64,000 nucleotides of DNA from Octopus vulgaris (lineage: Eukaryota), in the NCBI GenBank assembly GCA_951406725.2, contig OX597815.1:180048001-180112000 (forward strand), given 5' to 3'. Positions 1 to 12,528 of this stretch are shown here, one piece after another. Below the pieces are notes generated by a model, which had not been told where the DNA came from, made no database searches, and saw only the letters and a list, made by a program, of their open reading frames with translations. Position 1 is the first letter of the stretch, and each line of letters begins with the position of its first letter. A program made the translations under genes and the position numbers.

Positions 1-576
1 AAGGCTGCACCAGGCCAGTCAGATCTGGCAGTGTTTCTACAGCTGGATGCCCTTCCTAACGCCAACCACTCCGAGAGTGTAGTGGGTGATTTTATGTGCC
101 ACCGACACAGGTGCCAGACGAGGCTGGCGAACGGCCATGGAATTTGTATCTTTGTGGTACCAGGGCCGGTGGCACACAAGATAACCATCCGAACATGGCC
201 GTAGCCAGTACCGCATCGACTGGCCTCTGTGCTGTGGGCTCATAACAAACACCATCCGATCGTGGCCGTTCGCCAGCCTCATCTGGCACCTGTGTCGGTG
301 GCGCATAAAAACACCATCCGAAGACCCGGCAAGACTAGTCAGGCCATAACCCGTGGCCTCTACTTGGGACGTAGTCAGTCCACCTGTGCATACCTTCCTT
401 CTTGTGACACTTGTGAAGACCTGTTGAGACAAGTGATCAAATCAAATCAAATCAAAATAGATGAACATCAATGGAATTTGTATCTTTGTGGTACCAGTGC
501 CGGTGGCACACAAGAAAACCATCCGAACGTGGCCGTAGCCAGTACCGCATCGACTGGCCTCCGTGCTGTGGGCACG
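1..576. mobile_element. RTE 3'-UTR fragment; 1-136 minus orientation, 137-576 inverted (plus)
   Basis: 1-136 matches 944-1060; 410-500 matches plus-strand UTR at 21459-21545; ~100-bp internal direct repeat 137-238/470-572. Confidence 0.75.
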
Positions 577-652
577 ATACATATATATATATACATATAC
601 ATATATACATATACATATATATATATACATATACATATACATATACATATAT

Positions 653-693
<41 letters not shown>

Positions 694-748
694 TATATAC
701 ATATATATATACATATATATATACATATATATATACATATATATATAC

Positions 749-823
<75 letters not shown>

Positions 824-824
824 C

Positions 825-855
<31 letters not shown>

Positions 856-866
856 CATATATATAT
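577..866. repeat. compound (TA)n/(TACATA)n microsatellite
   Basis: direct inspection. Confidence 0.98.
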
Positions 867-3841
867 CATCATCATCATCGTTTAACGTCCGCTTTCCGCG
901 CTAGCACGGGTTGGACGGTTTGACCGGGTCTGGGAAGCCAGGGGCCGCTCCAGGCTCCAGTCTGAATCTGGCAGAGTTTCTACGGCTGGATGCCCTTCCT
1001 AACGCCAACCACTCCGTGAGTGGATTGGGTGCTTTTTACGTGCCACCTGCACAGGGGCCGGAGGGTCCGGCATCGTCACGATCGGATTCGAGCATTTTAA
1101 CGTGTCAGCGGCACGGGGGCAACGAGGTCCGGGGTACTTTGGGGATTGGGGTATTTTGGGGATCCAGGGTACTTTGGGGATCCGGGGTACTTTGGGGATC
1201 CGGGGTACTTAGAATGGGTAGGGGGGTACTTAGAATGGGTAGGGGGTATGTGGAATTGCTGCAGAAAGCAGCCCGGGTCTTTGTAGTCACAGCATATCTC
1301 CAGAGATCTCGGTCCTTCGCCATTGCCTCAGTGAGGCCCAATGCTCTGAGGTCATGCTTGACCACCTCATCCCATGTCTTCCTGGGTCTACCTCTCCCCC
1401 TGATACCTTCAACTGTTTGGGAGTGGCACTTCTTCACACATCTCTCTTCATCCATCCGCAGCACATGACCATACCATCGCAAGCGTCGCTCTTGCACACC
1501 ACATCTGATGCTTCTTATATCCAGCATTTCTCTCAGGATACTTACACTCTGTTTTGCGTGCACACTGACACTACACATCCAGCGGATCATGCTAGCTTCA
1601 TTTCTTTCAAGTCTACGCATGTCTTCTGCAGTCACAGCCCATGTTTCATTACCGTGAAGCATGGCAGTTCGCACACATGCATCATATAATCTACCTTTTG
1701 CTCTGAGGGAGAGGCCTTTTGTTGCCAGTAGGGGTAGGAGCTTTCTGAACTTTGCCCAGGCTATTCGTATTCTAGTGGTGATACTCTCTGTGCATCCACC
1801 TCCGCTACTAACTTGGTCTCCCAGGTAGCGGAAACTATCAACTACTTCTAGTTTCTCTCCCTGGAGTGTGATGGAATCTGTTTTCTGAGTGTCTGTTGTG
1901 TCTATTGTCCCTGTGCATCTGCCGCACATGAAAGCTATCTTATCTGTTAATTTCCCTTTAATGTTGCTGCACCTCTTATGTGTCCATAACTTACATTGGG
2001 TGCATCTTATGGAGTTTCTACCTGTACCTTTCCTACAGGTTGAGCAGGGCCACCTACCCGAGGGGATGTGTGTTGAGTACCTCTTGCTGCTTACTAATAC
2101 TTTGGTCTTTGCTACATTTATTCTAAGGCCCTTTGATTCCAACCCTTGCTTCCATACCCGAAATTTCTCTTCTAGTTCCGGTAGTGATTCTGCTATGAGA
2201 GCTAGGTCATCGGCATAGAGGAGCTCCCAGGGGCATCCCGTTTTGAATTCCTCTGTTATTGCTTGAAGTACTATGATGAACAAAAGGGGACTGAGGGCTG
2301 AGCCCTGGTGCACACCTACTTCTACTCGGAATTCTTCACTATATTCGTTGCCAATCCTAACCTTGCTAACAGCCTCTCTGTATAGAGCCTGTACAGCCCT
2401 TATTAGCCATTCTTCAATCTCCAGTTTCCGCATCGACCACCAGATAAGGGAACGGGGAACCCTGTCAAAGGCTTTCTCCAAGTCTACAAAAGCTATGTAG
2501 AGGGGTTTATCTTTAGCTAGGTACTTCTCCTGCAGTTGTCGGACCAGGAATATAGCATCAGTGGTGCTTCTACCTGGTACAAAACCGAACTGCATTTCAT
2601 CTAAACAAATTCTCTCCCTAATGAGATTGGTTATGACCTTCTCTGAGACCTTCATCACCTGGTCCAACAGTTTGATACCTCTGTAGTTATTTCTATCTAG
2701 AGCATCACCCTTACCCTTGTAGCAGTTGACTATGGTACTGCTGCACCAGTCATTGGGTATGGCTCCATTGTGAACTACCTGGTTTACAATGCGGGTGACT
2801 ATGGCATGGCCCACATAGCCAGCTGTTTTAAGCATCTCAGCAGTGATTCCTGATAGGCCAGGGGCTTTGCCTGGTTTCATATCCTTAATTGCCTTATCTA
2901 CAAGGGAGCTGTCTATTCGGGTAGCTGGTCCCTCTACTGGGTCAACATTTGGCAGGCTCTCCTCCTCCCATTCATTCTCCTCATTTAGCAGTCTTTCATA
3001 ATGGCTTCTCCAGGCCTCTTTCTTTTCACTAGTAGTAAAAGCAAGTGCCCCATCATCCATGCGGACACATTTCTCTCCTATAACATCGCTATTTTCTCTG
3101 ACACACTGTCTGGCAATCCGAAATACTTCAGCTCTTTGATCCTCGCGACGCTGGACATTGGCAAACTTCTTCTTTTCTGCTACATCTTTGGCAATGTATA
3201 CCTGCCGCCCAGCCTCCCTTTTGGCTATCTGGTACAGTTCCCTGCTGCCCCCTCCTTCCAGGCTTTCCAGGCCCGTCTCTTTTCACAGATGGCTATATCT
3301 ACTGCACTATTCCACCACCACGTAATTCTAGGTCTGGAAGGGACTTTGCACCATCCACAAACTTGGTCTGTGGCACTCAACAAGCTGTCCCGTAGGAATT
3401 CCCAGCTACCTTCTATGTCTGACGTCTGAAGCTCCTCTTCCCTCTCATCAAATTTCTTGATGAGTATGTCCCTAAATTTCTGACCATGCGAAGGGTTCTT
3501 TAGCCTCCAAATCCTTCTTTTCTGGATTGGTTTGTTTCTTGGAGTCCTTCTGGCCTCAAGCTTAAAGTCACTGATGATTAGTCTATGCTGAGGGATACAT
3601 TCTTCACCCGGGAGGGTCTTTGTATTCAAGAGCAACCCTGCATCCCGTTGTCTGGTGAGGATGAAGTCTATTTGGCTAGCGGAGTCTCCTGACTGATAAG
3701 TTATAAGGTGGCAGACTGGCTTCTTGAAGTTAGTGTTGCAGATTGAAAGGTTACATGCATCACAGAATCCCAGTAGTCTAGTTCCCTCATCATTTCTGGT
3801 GCCAATACCATATCCACCATGTACCCCAGTGAAGATACCCG
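866..3841 (-). mobile_element. RTE-clade LINE, 5'-truncated, with 3' UTR and (GAT)n tail, embedded in (TA)n
   Basis: Endonuclease C-terminal motifs (GxRNDEG..LL.FC, TYQS...SQIDFIL, PQHRL), RT motifs (QFGF, FVDLEKAFDRV, GVHQGSALSP, YADD at 2206-2217, FRYLG) and an RTE-type C-terminus (RLRWYGHV, GRGRPRKTW); 3' end TTAAACGATGATGATGAT at ~866-885. Confidence 0.93.
1105..3841 (-). pseudogene. RTE ORF (partial AP endonuclease + reverse transcriptase) with one 1-bp frameshift
   Basis: ORF 3225-3841 (endonuclease part) joins the RT frame if one G is restored in the C5 run at 3248-3252, giving ...[21 protein letters not shown]...EKCVRMDDG... open to 1105. Confidence 0.9.
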
Positions 3842-3853
3842 ATATATATATAC

Positions 3854-3938
<85 letters not shown>

Positions 3939-4137
3939 TATATACATATATATATATATACATATATATATACATATATATATATACATATATATATATA
4001 CATATATACATATATATATATACATATATACATATATATATATACATATATACATATACATATATACATATATATATATACATATATATATATACATATA
4101 TACATATATATATATACATATACATATATATATATAC

Positions 4138-4172
<35 letters not shown>

Positions 4173-4261
4173 CATATATATATACATATATATATATACA
4201 TATATACATATACATATATACATATATATATATATATACATATATACATATATATATATAC

Positions 4262-4306
<45 letters not shown>

Positions 4307-4468
4307 CATACATATATATATATACATATATATATACATATATATATATATACATACATATAGATATATACATATATATATACATATATATATATATACA
4401 TACATATATATATACATATACATAAATATATATATACATAAATATATATATACATATATATATATACA
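3842..4468. repeat. compound (TA)n microsatellite with TACA interruptions
   Basis: direct inspection. Confidence 0.98.
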
Positions 4469-4739
4469 TCAACAATCAAGGAACGGCCATAATAGGCCAT
4501 TCACCCACTAGAAATAACAGCCAAAGCTTCAACCGCAAATAAAAATTAATTCCGTAAACCAGGAGAAAATTTTTTTAAATTTTTAAAATTTTTTTAAATT
4601 TTTTAAATTTTTTAAAATTTTTTAAATTTTTTTTAAATTTTCTCCTGGTTTACGGAATTAATTTTTATTATGTTGCTGCTTTGGCTGTTATTTCTAGTGG
4701 GTGAATGGCCTATTATGGCCGTTCCTTGATTGTTGATGT
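4467..4739. repeat. long fold-back inverted repeat (~100-bp arms, A/T-run spacer)
   Basis: ACATCAACAATCAAGGAACGGCC...AGGAGAAAAT is the reverse complement of ATTTTCTCCT...GGCCGTTCCTTGATTGTTGATGT, apart from one mismatched patch. Confidence 0.92.
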
Positions 4740-4841
4740 TGAACTTAAAAATGGTCTATGACTATTTAATTTTTTTCCCACTAGGCCGCTGGTGGCAAAA
4801 GAATTCTACAAAATTTTTTTTTGCCACCCTATATTGATTAA

Positions 4842-5513
<672 letters not shown>

Positions 5514-5879
5514 TTTTACATAGAGCATAAAAAATACAGAATGCCAAGAAGAAAATAGATTTCTTAACTCAACACTTGTTTCAGGAAGCTCAGTGTTAGT
5601 TTAATACTGGTGCTCAGTGTAATTGACTTAGCCCCTCCCCTCAAATTGCTGGCCTTGTGTCAAAATTTCATTTTGATATTCAGACTGTTTGTGTATGTTT
5701 GATGCCTTTGTGGTGGACACTTCAGAAAGATATATTTAGTGCGTAACCATGTTTGATTCTTTAGTATTCACCGAAAGAAATTAACAAAGAATTTAAACTC
5801 AATGTCTAAATTAATATTTCGGAATGTGAGAGGCTTTTAAATTTACTCATATTTGACAAATGGTCAAAACCTTAGGCGA

Positions 5880-6150
5880 TTTGCTGTACTTGAGAAGACT
5901 CATCAAGCCAAGTGAAATAGTAGTCCTGGACAGTGCTGGTGACACATCAAAGGCACCTGTGCCAGTGACACATAAAAGGCACATGCTACACACTTGGAGT
6001 GGCTGGCATTAGGAAGGGCATCCAACCGTAGAAACCAAGCTAAAATCAGACTGGAGCCTGGCACAGCCCTGCAGTTTGTGAGTTCCAGTTAAATTGTCTA
6101 ACCCATGCCAGCATGGAATATGGATGCTAAGTAATGAAGATGATGATGAT
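5880..6150 (+). mobile_element. RTE 3'-UTR fragment (diverged)
   Basis: GGCATTAGGAAGGGCATCC...CCCATGCCAGCATGGAA...GATGATGAT shared with the RTE tail. Confidence 0.75.
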
Positions 6151-6175
6151 AGTTGAATGGAAATAAAAGACAGCA

Positions 6176-6415
6176 GGGACATATGGTGTAGTGGTTAAAG
6201 CATGGGCTACTAGCCCCAAGATTCCGAGTTTGATTCCAGGCAGTGACCTGAAGAATAATAATAATAACATTGAAAAATACCTTAGGAATGAGAACCCAGG
6301 TTCGAAATTTCCCCAAGATACCTGATGAAGGCTGGAGGGTATATCAGCCGAAACACTGTGTTAACAACAAACGAGATGAGGACAAATATCCATCGAATGT
6401 AAATAATGTAAATAA
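6176..6415 (+). mobile_element. tRNA-headed SINE-like element containing a minimal hammerhead ribozyme motif
   Basis: A box TGGTGTAGTGG, B box GAGTTTGATTCC, (AAT)n linker, then body with CTGATGA-GGCTG/CAGCC-GAAAC; related copies at 63082-63580. Confidence 0.8.
6317..6362 (+). ncRNA. minimal type-I hammerhead ribozyme motif (cleavage triplet mutated in this copy)
   Basis: stem I GAUAC/GUGUU, core CUGAUGA 6322-6328, stem II GGCUG/CAGCC, GAAAC 6350-6354, triplet ACU instead of GUU. Confidence 0.7.
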
Positions 6416-7813
6416 AGCAGTGCTATTTGTCTTTTACCCTGCAGAGGTGTTATAAATAAATGAGTAATGCACTTGACTGTCCATTTGTATTCCTCTTGGA
6501 CAGTGTCAGCACAACAAATTAGTTAATTTAAAGTGATTTGACTCAATGAATTTCAGTTAGGAGGAACAGAGCTTCTAAGAAACCACTGAAGTAAAAAAAA
6601 TTCTTAATTGAAAAACACCATTCAAACCAAGAATCTCTGAAAATATTCCGCCTATGCTTAACAGCAATGAGATCTACCTTTGAATAACTTTTGATGATCT
6701 ACAAACTAAGTATTTCAAGTTTAAGTTTTAAATCTTAGAAAACATTAATGAAGCAGAATGGTCTTAGAATACTGGGAAAAAAATTCTTTAACAAACTATC
6801 TTTGTGTTAGAGACTCACTGAAGCTAATCAACAACAAAGAATTTACTTGGAAAATTTAACAGACATTTTTGCACAGCTTTCAAGAAGTAGTTAAATTAAT
6901 ATACCAGAAAGGTTATCTTGAATCGAAATCGAAAGAAATGCTTCTTGTTTTTTAAGTAAATTCTTTAATCATTTACAGTAAAAGAAATACTCAAAATGTT
7001 CTCCCTCTTGAAGTTAGAAGCGAAAAGTTCTAAAGTTAACCACAATCACATTTCAGCTGTAAAGGTCTCATAAATTAGTTCTTACCTTGCCATTTTATTA
7101 TCAATATTTCTCAAGCGGATTTTTTAATCTTTCCTTAAGAGAAATGCTTGCTGTTGATGTGGTTCATATTGATTTAGACTTTTAGTTAAATGACAATTGC
7201 TTAACATCTAATGGCTTTATATATGTGTGTGTTAGCCAGATTCTTGAATTAAATTAAGATTTCAAAGCAAAGCTTAGCCATAAAAAAAAAAAAAGATCAA
7301 TTACAGAATCACCTCTTAATAATATTCTTCCAATCATGGTGCCGGGTATGATGTATGTGCAAAGTATGGTGTCTGGTTGATTTCATTTCAGACATTCAAG
7401 AAAGTCAACAAACGGTTTTCTTCTTGGTCAGTGCTGAGTAATTCTCTACAAGCAATGGTCAGACTTCAATGACACTGGAATCTCATGGAGTATTAACATG
7501 AATCCTGAGTGGAGGTGGGCGACTAGGATGGTACATTCATAATCAAAAGGTTGTGGTTTTTGATTTGATGGCGATGTGTTGGGTTCTAGAGCAATGCAAC
7601 CCATTTTACACTGCTCCAGTTCACTTGGCTGGCAAACATGAGTAATCCTGTGAAGGACCAGTGTTCAGTCCAGTAGGAGGAATATATGCGCACTATGGAA
7701 ACTAGGAAACTGGCCCTATCAGTCTATAGGGCTCGGGAAGGACCTTTATCTTTGTTTTATCCCAACAATAATCCTGAGCCAAACAGTTGTGTTGAGTGAA
7801 TTGAACAAACTTA

Positions 7814-8430
7814 AGGCAGCAAGCTGGCAGAAATGTTAGCGCGCCGAACAAAATGCTTAATGGTATTTCATCTGCCGCTATTTTCTGTGGAATTTGAACT
7901 CAGCCTTTCATCCTTTCAGGGTCACTTAAATAAGTACCAGTTACGCACTGGGGTTGATGTAATTGACTTAATTCCTTTGTCTGTCCTTGTGTGTCCCCTC
8001 TGAGTGTAGCCCCTTGTGGGCAGTAAAGAATTAAGAAACGTTAGCACGCTGGGCAAAATACTGTTAAGTATTTTGCTTATCTTCACATTCTGAGTTCAAA
8101 TTCTGCCATAGTTGACTTTGCTTTTTCTCCTTTCAGGGTCAATAAACTAAGTACCAGTTGTATACTGAGGTCAATCTAATCAACTGGCCCCTGCTCCCCC
8201 AAAATTTCAGGCCTTGTGCCTAAAGTAGAAAAGAAATGTTAGCATGTTGGGTGAAATGCTTAGCAGTGTTTTGTCTATCTTTACATTCTGAGTTCAAATT
8301 CCGCCAGGGTCAACTTTACCTTTCATCCTTTCAGGATCAATAAATTAAGTACCAGTTGTGTACTGGGGGTCAATCTAATCAACTGGCCCACTCCCCAAAA
8401 ATTTCAGGCCTTGTGCCTAGAGTATAAAGG
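7814..8430 (+). mobile_element. tandem cluster of SINE family C (Meta-domain-like)
   Basis: repeated GAGTTCAAATTC...GCCTTTCATCCTTTC.GGGTC.ATAAA..AGTACCAG units. Confidence 0.8.
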
Positions 8431-8863
8431 GAATTAGAACAAACTTATTGTGGGTCTTTTAAAAATGAGTCAAATTTTTTTTAGTGACAACTATTTTTTT
8501 TTAAGTAATAGATTAAAATTCATTTAAAAGAAAAGACAAGACAAAAAAAAACTAAGATATCAGAGCTAATGTATCACCAGTAACCTGTTGCATATTTTTG
8601 ATAATAGTAAGAAATAAGAGAGATAAATCAAAAGATTTTTCCTTTGGTATAGATTTACAAAATAACTGTATGTTTCTCACAGCAAGAAATATTGGAAACA
8701 AAAGAGACCATATTAATGCACTAATATGCTAATGTAAGCCATGATCCAAACTGCCACAGAAGAATTTCATGCAATATTTATAATGTGTCATCACCACCAC
8801 CACCATCATCATCATCACTGTCATCATCACCACCACCATCATCGTCATCATTATTTCAGTAGT

Positions 8864-9184
8864 GGCCACAGTCTAATAACTGTAACAGCTAAAAGATAAA
8901 AGATGTATATTTGCATGCATGTGTATGTGTGTGTGTACATGTACATGGACACATACATATGTATGGTGGTGTTCTTGGAGCTTTCATGAAAATAAGATAA
9001 AACCTGAGTGGGGCAAAGGTGTCACCTTCCAGGAATAGGGAATCGCCAAAGCATGGTGGATGCAGTGATGCACTGTTACAGCACATTCCCCCATACTACA
9101 ACTACTACTACCACTACTAATACTACAGCTACTGCTGCTGCTACTACTACTACTACTGCTGCTGGCACTACTACCAGTCTCTCT
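8864..9184. repeat. composite local duplication: inverted copy of 9586-9752 fused to direct copy of 10137-10312
   Basis: both matches read by eye; CC microhomology at the junction ~9003-9004. Confidence 0.85.
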
Positions 9185-9651
9185 ATTATAGTGCTTTTAC
9201 TGCATAACTGAATGCACCTCTGTGTGACTTGGCTCTGTGCAGTGGTTTGTTTTAGTTTTCTATTCCATTGGAAATGTTCTCCATAATACGTGCATGAGTG
9301 CGATGCGTGCGTGCATGCGGTGCTTGGTAAAGCTGTTTCTCACTCTATGCTGTGGACATGTTTTATGTTCCGTCCTTTCTTTTCGTATTAATGTACATCA
9401 TTGTTTTACCATTCCTGGTTCTATTATTGCAATTGCTTGTGTGTGTCCCATTCCTATGTTCTCTACTTTGTACCATCCCTAGATCTCGACATATATTCTT
9501 TCATTCTTTTACTTTCATTCATCACTGTGCTACGACCATGCTACAGCACACCTTCGAAATTTCAGTTGCGCATTTATTGCAGTTTGGTTTTATCTTATTT
9601 TCATGAAAGCTCCAAGAACAGCACCATACCTATGTATGTGTCCATGTCCAT

Positions 9652-9693
<42 letters not shown>

Positions 9694-10342
9694 ACACGCA
9701 TGCAAATATACATCTTTTATCTTTTAGCTGTCACAGTTATTAGACTGTGGCCATGCTGGGGCACAACTCTGAAGAATTTTAGAATAAATTGACCCTAGTA
9801 TTTATTATTTTATTTTAAGCCTGCTTCTTATTATATTAGTTTCTTTTGCTAAACTGCTATGTCACAGGGATGTAAACAAACCGACACCAGTTGGTCAAGA
9901 GGTGGTGGGGGTGCACAAACACAGACAATATTCTCTTCAACAGACATTAATAACAAAAACATTCTCTCCCTCATTGCGCCATGTAGGGACCAGCATGTCA
10001 CAGAATGGACCCAACACTTCCTCCATGTGTTGTAAAAGGTGATTAAAAGAAGTTGAGGTAGGACCTGCACTCTGACCTCAGAAAAGCCTCTCCAGCAACG
10101 GCTACCCAAACAGAGCCCAGAGTTGGAGGGTTGTTGCCTGAGTGGGGAAAAGGTGTCACCTTCCAGGAATAGGGAAACGCCAAAACATGGTGGATGCAGT
10201 GATGCACTGTTATAGCACATTCCCCCATACTACAACTACTACTACCACTACTAATACTACAGCTACTGCTGCTACTACCACTACTGCTGCTGCCACTACT
10301 ACCAGTCTCTCTGAACCTAGTCTTTACCTATAATATTTGCAT

Positions 10343-10760
10343 AGGTGGCAAGCTGACAGAAACGTTAGCACGCCGGGCGAAATGCTTAGTGGTATTTCGT
10401 CTGCGGTTATGTTCTGAGTTCAAATTCCACTGAGGTCGACTTTGCCTTTCATCCTTTCGGGGTCAATTAAGTAAGTACCAGTTTCACACTGGAGTCAATG
10501 TAATTGACTTAATCCCTTTGTCTGTCCTTATTTGTCCCCTCTATGTTTAGCCTCTTGTGGGTAGTAAAGAAATAGGTATTTCGTCTGTCTTTACGTTCTG
10601 AGTTCAAATTCCGCCAAGGTCGACTTTGCCTTTCATCCTTTCAGGGTCGATTAAATAAGTACCAGTTTCGCACTGGAGTCAATGTAATCGACTTAATCCC
10701 TTTGTCTGTCCTTGTTTGTCCCCTCTATGTTTAGCCCCTTGTGGGCAATAAAGAAATAAA
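10343..10760 (+). mobile_element. SINE family C, dimeric
   Basis: head GGTGGCAAGCTGACAGAAACGTTAGCACGCCGGGCG plus two Meta-like cores. Confidence 0.82.
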
Positions 10761-12117
10761 TATTTGCATGGTTTTTCATTTGTAAAATGATATTTCAGAC
10801 CATTGTAGCATGGTGGGTTTCAATGATAGTTTTTGGTTATGTCTTTACACTCTTTGCTGTTTTTTTTCTTTTAAATTTGGCAGCGTTTTACATAATTCTC
10901 AATGAGTGTAACTACCAACTTAGTCGTGTTTGTGTATATATATTATAACTTTACCAAGAACAACTGGCTGGAGACAACATGATAAATTGTTTCTGGATGG
11001 TTACTATGTCGATATTTTATTCATTCAACCATTCTACCTCTCATAAGGAACAACGACCAGTGCAAGCAGATTACTCAGCCTAGCAGGAGTAATTATCTGA
11101 TCAACTGCTTAGAACGCTTTATCATTAATTTTGCGAGATTTACACAATACAAAGAGGTTTAATTGCAAAGAAGGAATCAGAGAGGCTGAAAATTTTAAAG
11201 GGAGTGGAAAATGAGATGATATATTTTCTACCTTTCCCAAAGGTATCAGATGTGTAATCAAGTTAAAATAGCTTCACTTGGAAATCATAACTGTATTACC
11301 ATCTTTGGTTGCTGCAAACCACAATAATATAATTAACAGATCAATAGTTTTGAAAATTAGCAGCGCCAGTGAGAGTAGTAAAACTTTACCAATATAGTTC
11401 TATCTACACATGACATCAAACACTGGAAAACACTGGAAAGAGAAGCAGGCATCTGCTATAGCAATCTACCCTTCCTACCATTTCAAATAGAGACCCCGTA
11501 CAATTGACAAGCGCCACACTGGACTGTCATAATAAACTAACATTCTTGTCTGAACAAAACTAATGCCACAAGAGGAATTCTAAACTATAATTCACCCGAG
11601 ATCATCATCATCGTCGTCATCATTTAATGTCAACTTTCCTTGCTGGCATGGATTGGACAGTTTGACTAAAGAATGACAGAATGACATTGTAGGGTAGGTG
11701 TGAGAGGTAGGATCTGGTTGGTTTGAACATAAAACAATAGAATATGTGGGCCAGATATATGACTGGTTTAAATGCTAAACAGTTAAATAATAGAAATAAT
11801 ACATTTCTAAATCTCTCAGAGAGAGTTATACAGTAGTAACACAATAAAGTGGTGGTATGTTGTCAACTTAATGTGGCAGTCCCATGAAAGGGAAGAATGC
11901 TACTGTTGTTTAGCCCTAGGAAACAGCACCACTTCCTGTTGGCCTTGACACTTTTCCTGTGTCCTTATGTTTACAAAGGGGGAGATATACACCCAATACA
12001 CTCAAAGTTTTCTTACACAAGGACAAGGCCATATCTTTTGCAGAGCAGATGTAGTTTCTATTCAAAGGAGACAAGTACATAACTGGTATTGTATTTCATC
12101 AACTCAAGAGAAATGAT

Positions 12118-12528
12118 ACTCTTACTCTTTACTCTTTTACTTGTTTCAGTCATTTGACTGCGGCCATGCTGGAGCACCGCCTTTAGTCGAGCAAATCGAC
12201 CCTGGGACTTATTTTTTGTAAGCCCAGTACTTATTCTATCGGTCTCTTTTGCCGAACCGCTAAGTGACGGGGACGTAAACACACCAGCATCGGTTGTCAA
12301 ACAATGCTAGGGGGACAAACACAGACACACAAATACACACACACATATATATATATACATATATACGATGGGCTTCTTTCAGTTTCCGTCTACCAAATCC
12401 ACTCACAAGGCTTTGGTCGGCCCGAGGCTATAGTAGAAGACACTTGCCCAAGATGCCGCGCAGTGGGACTGAACCCGGAACCATGTGGTTGGTAAGCAAG
12501 CTACTTACCACACAGCCACTCCTGCACC
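12118..12528 (-). mobile_element. SINE family B (tRNA-derived, CORE-like), full length
   Basis: head GCAGGAGTGGCTGTGTGGTAAG, B box GGTTCAGTCCC, CTTGGGCAAGT motif, internal microsatellite, (GTAAAAGA)n tail; more than 15 copies in window. Confidence 0.85.

Noticed and set aside
229-923. Long ORFs of alternating Y/I/H/T/M/C
   Set aside because: Translations of (TA)n/(TACA) microsatellite that lack stops by composition; the same applies to 3701-5547, 45253-45708 and 60485-60780
3842-4475. Apparent N-terminal extension of the endonuclease ORF
   Set aside because: Microsatellite read-through; the LINE is 5'-truncated at ~3841
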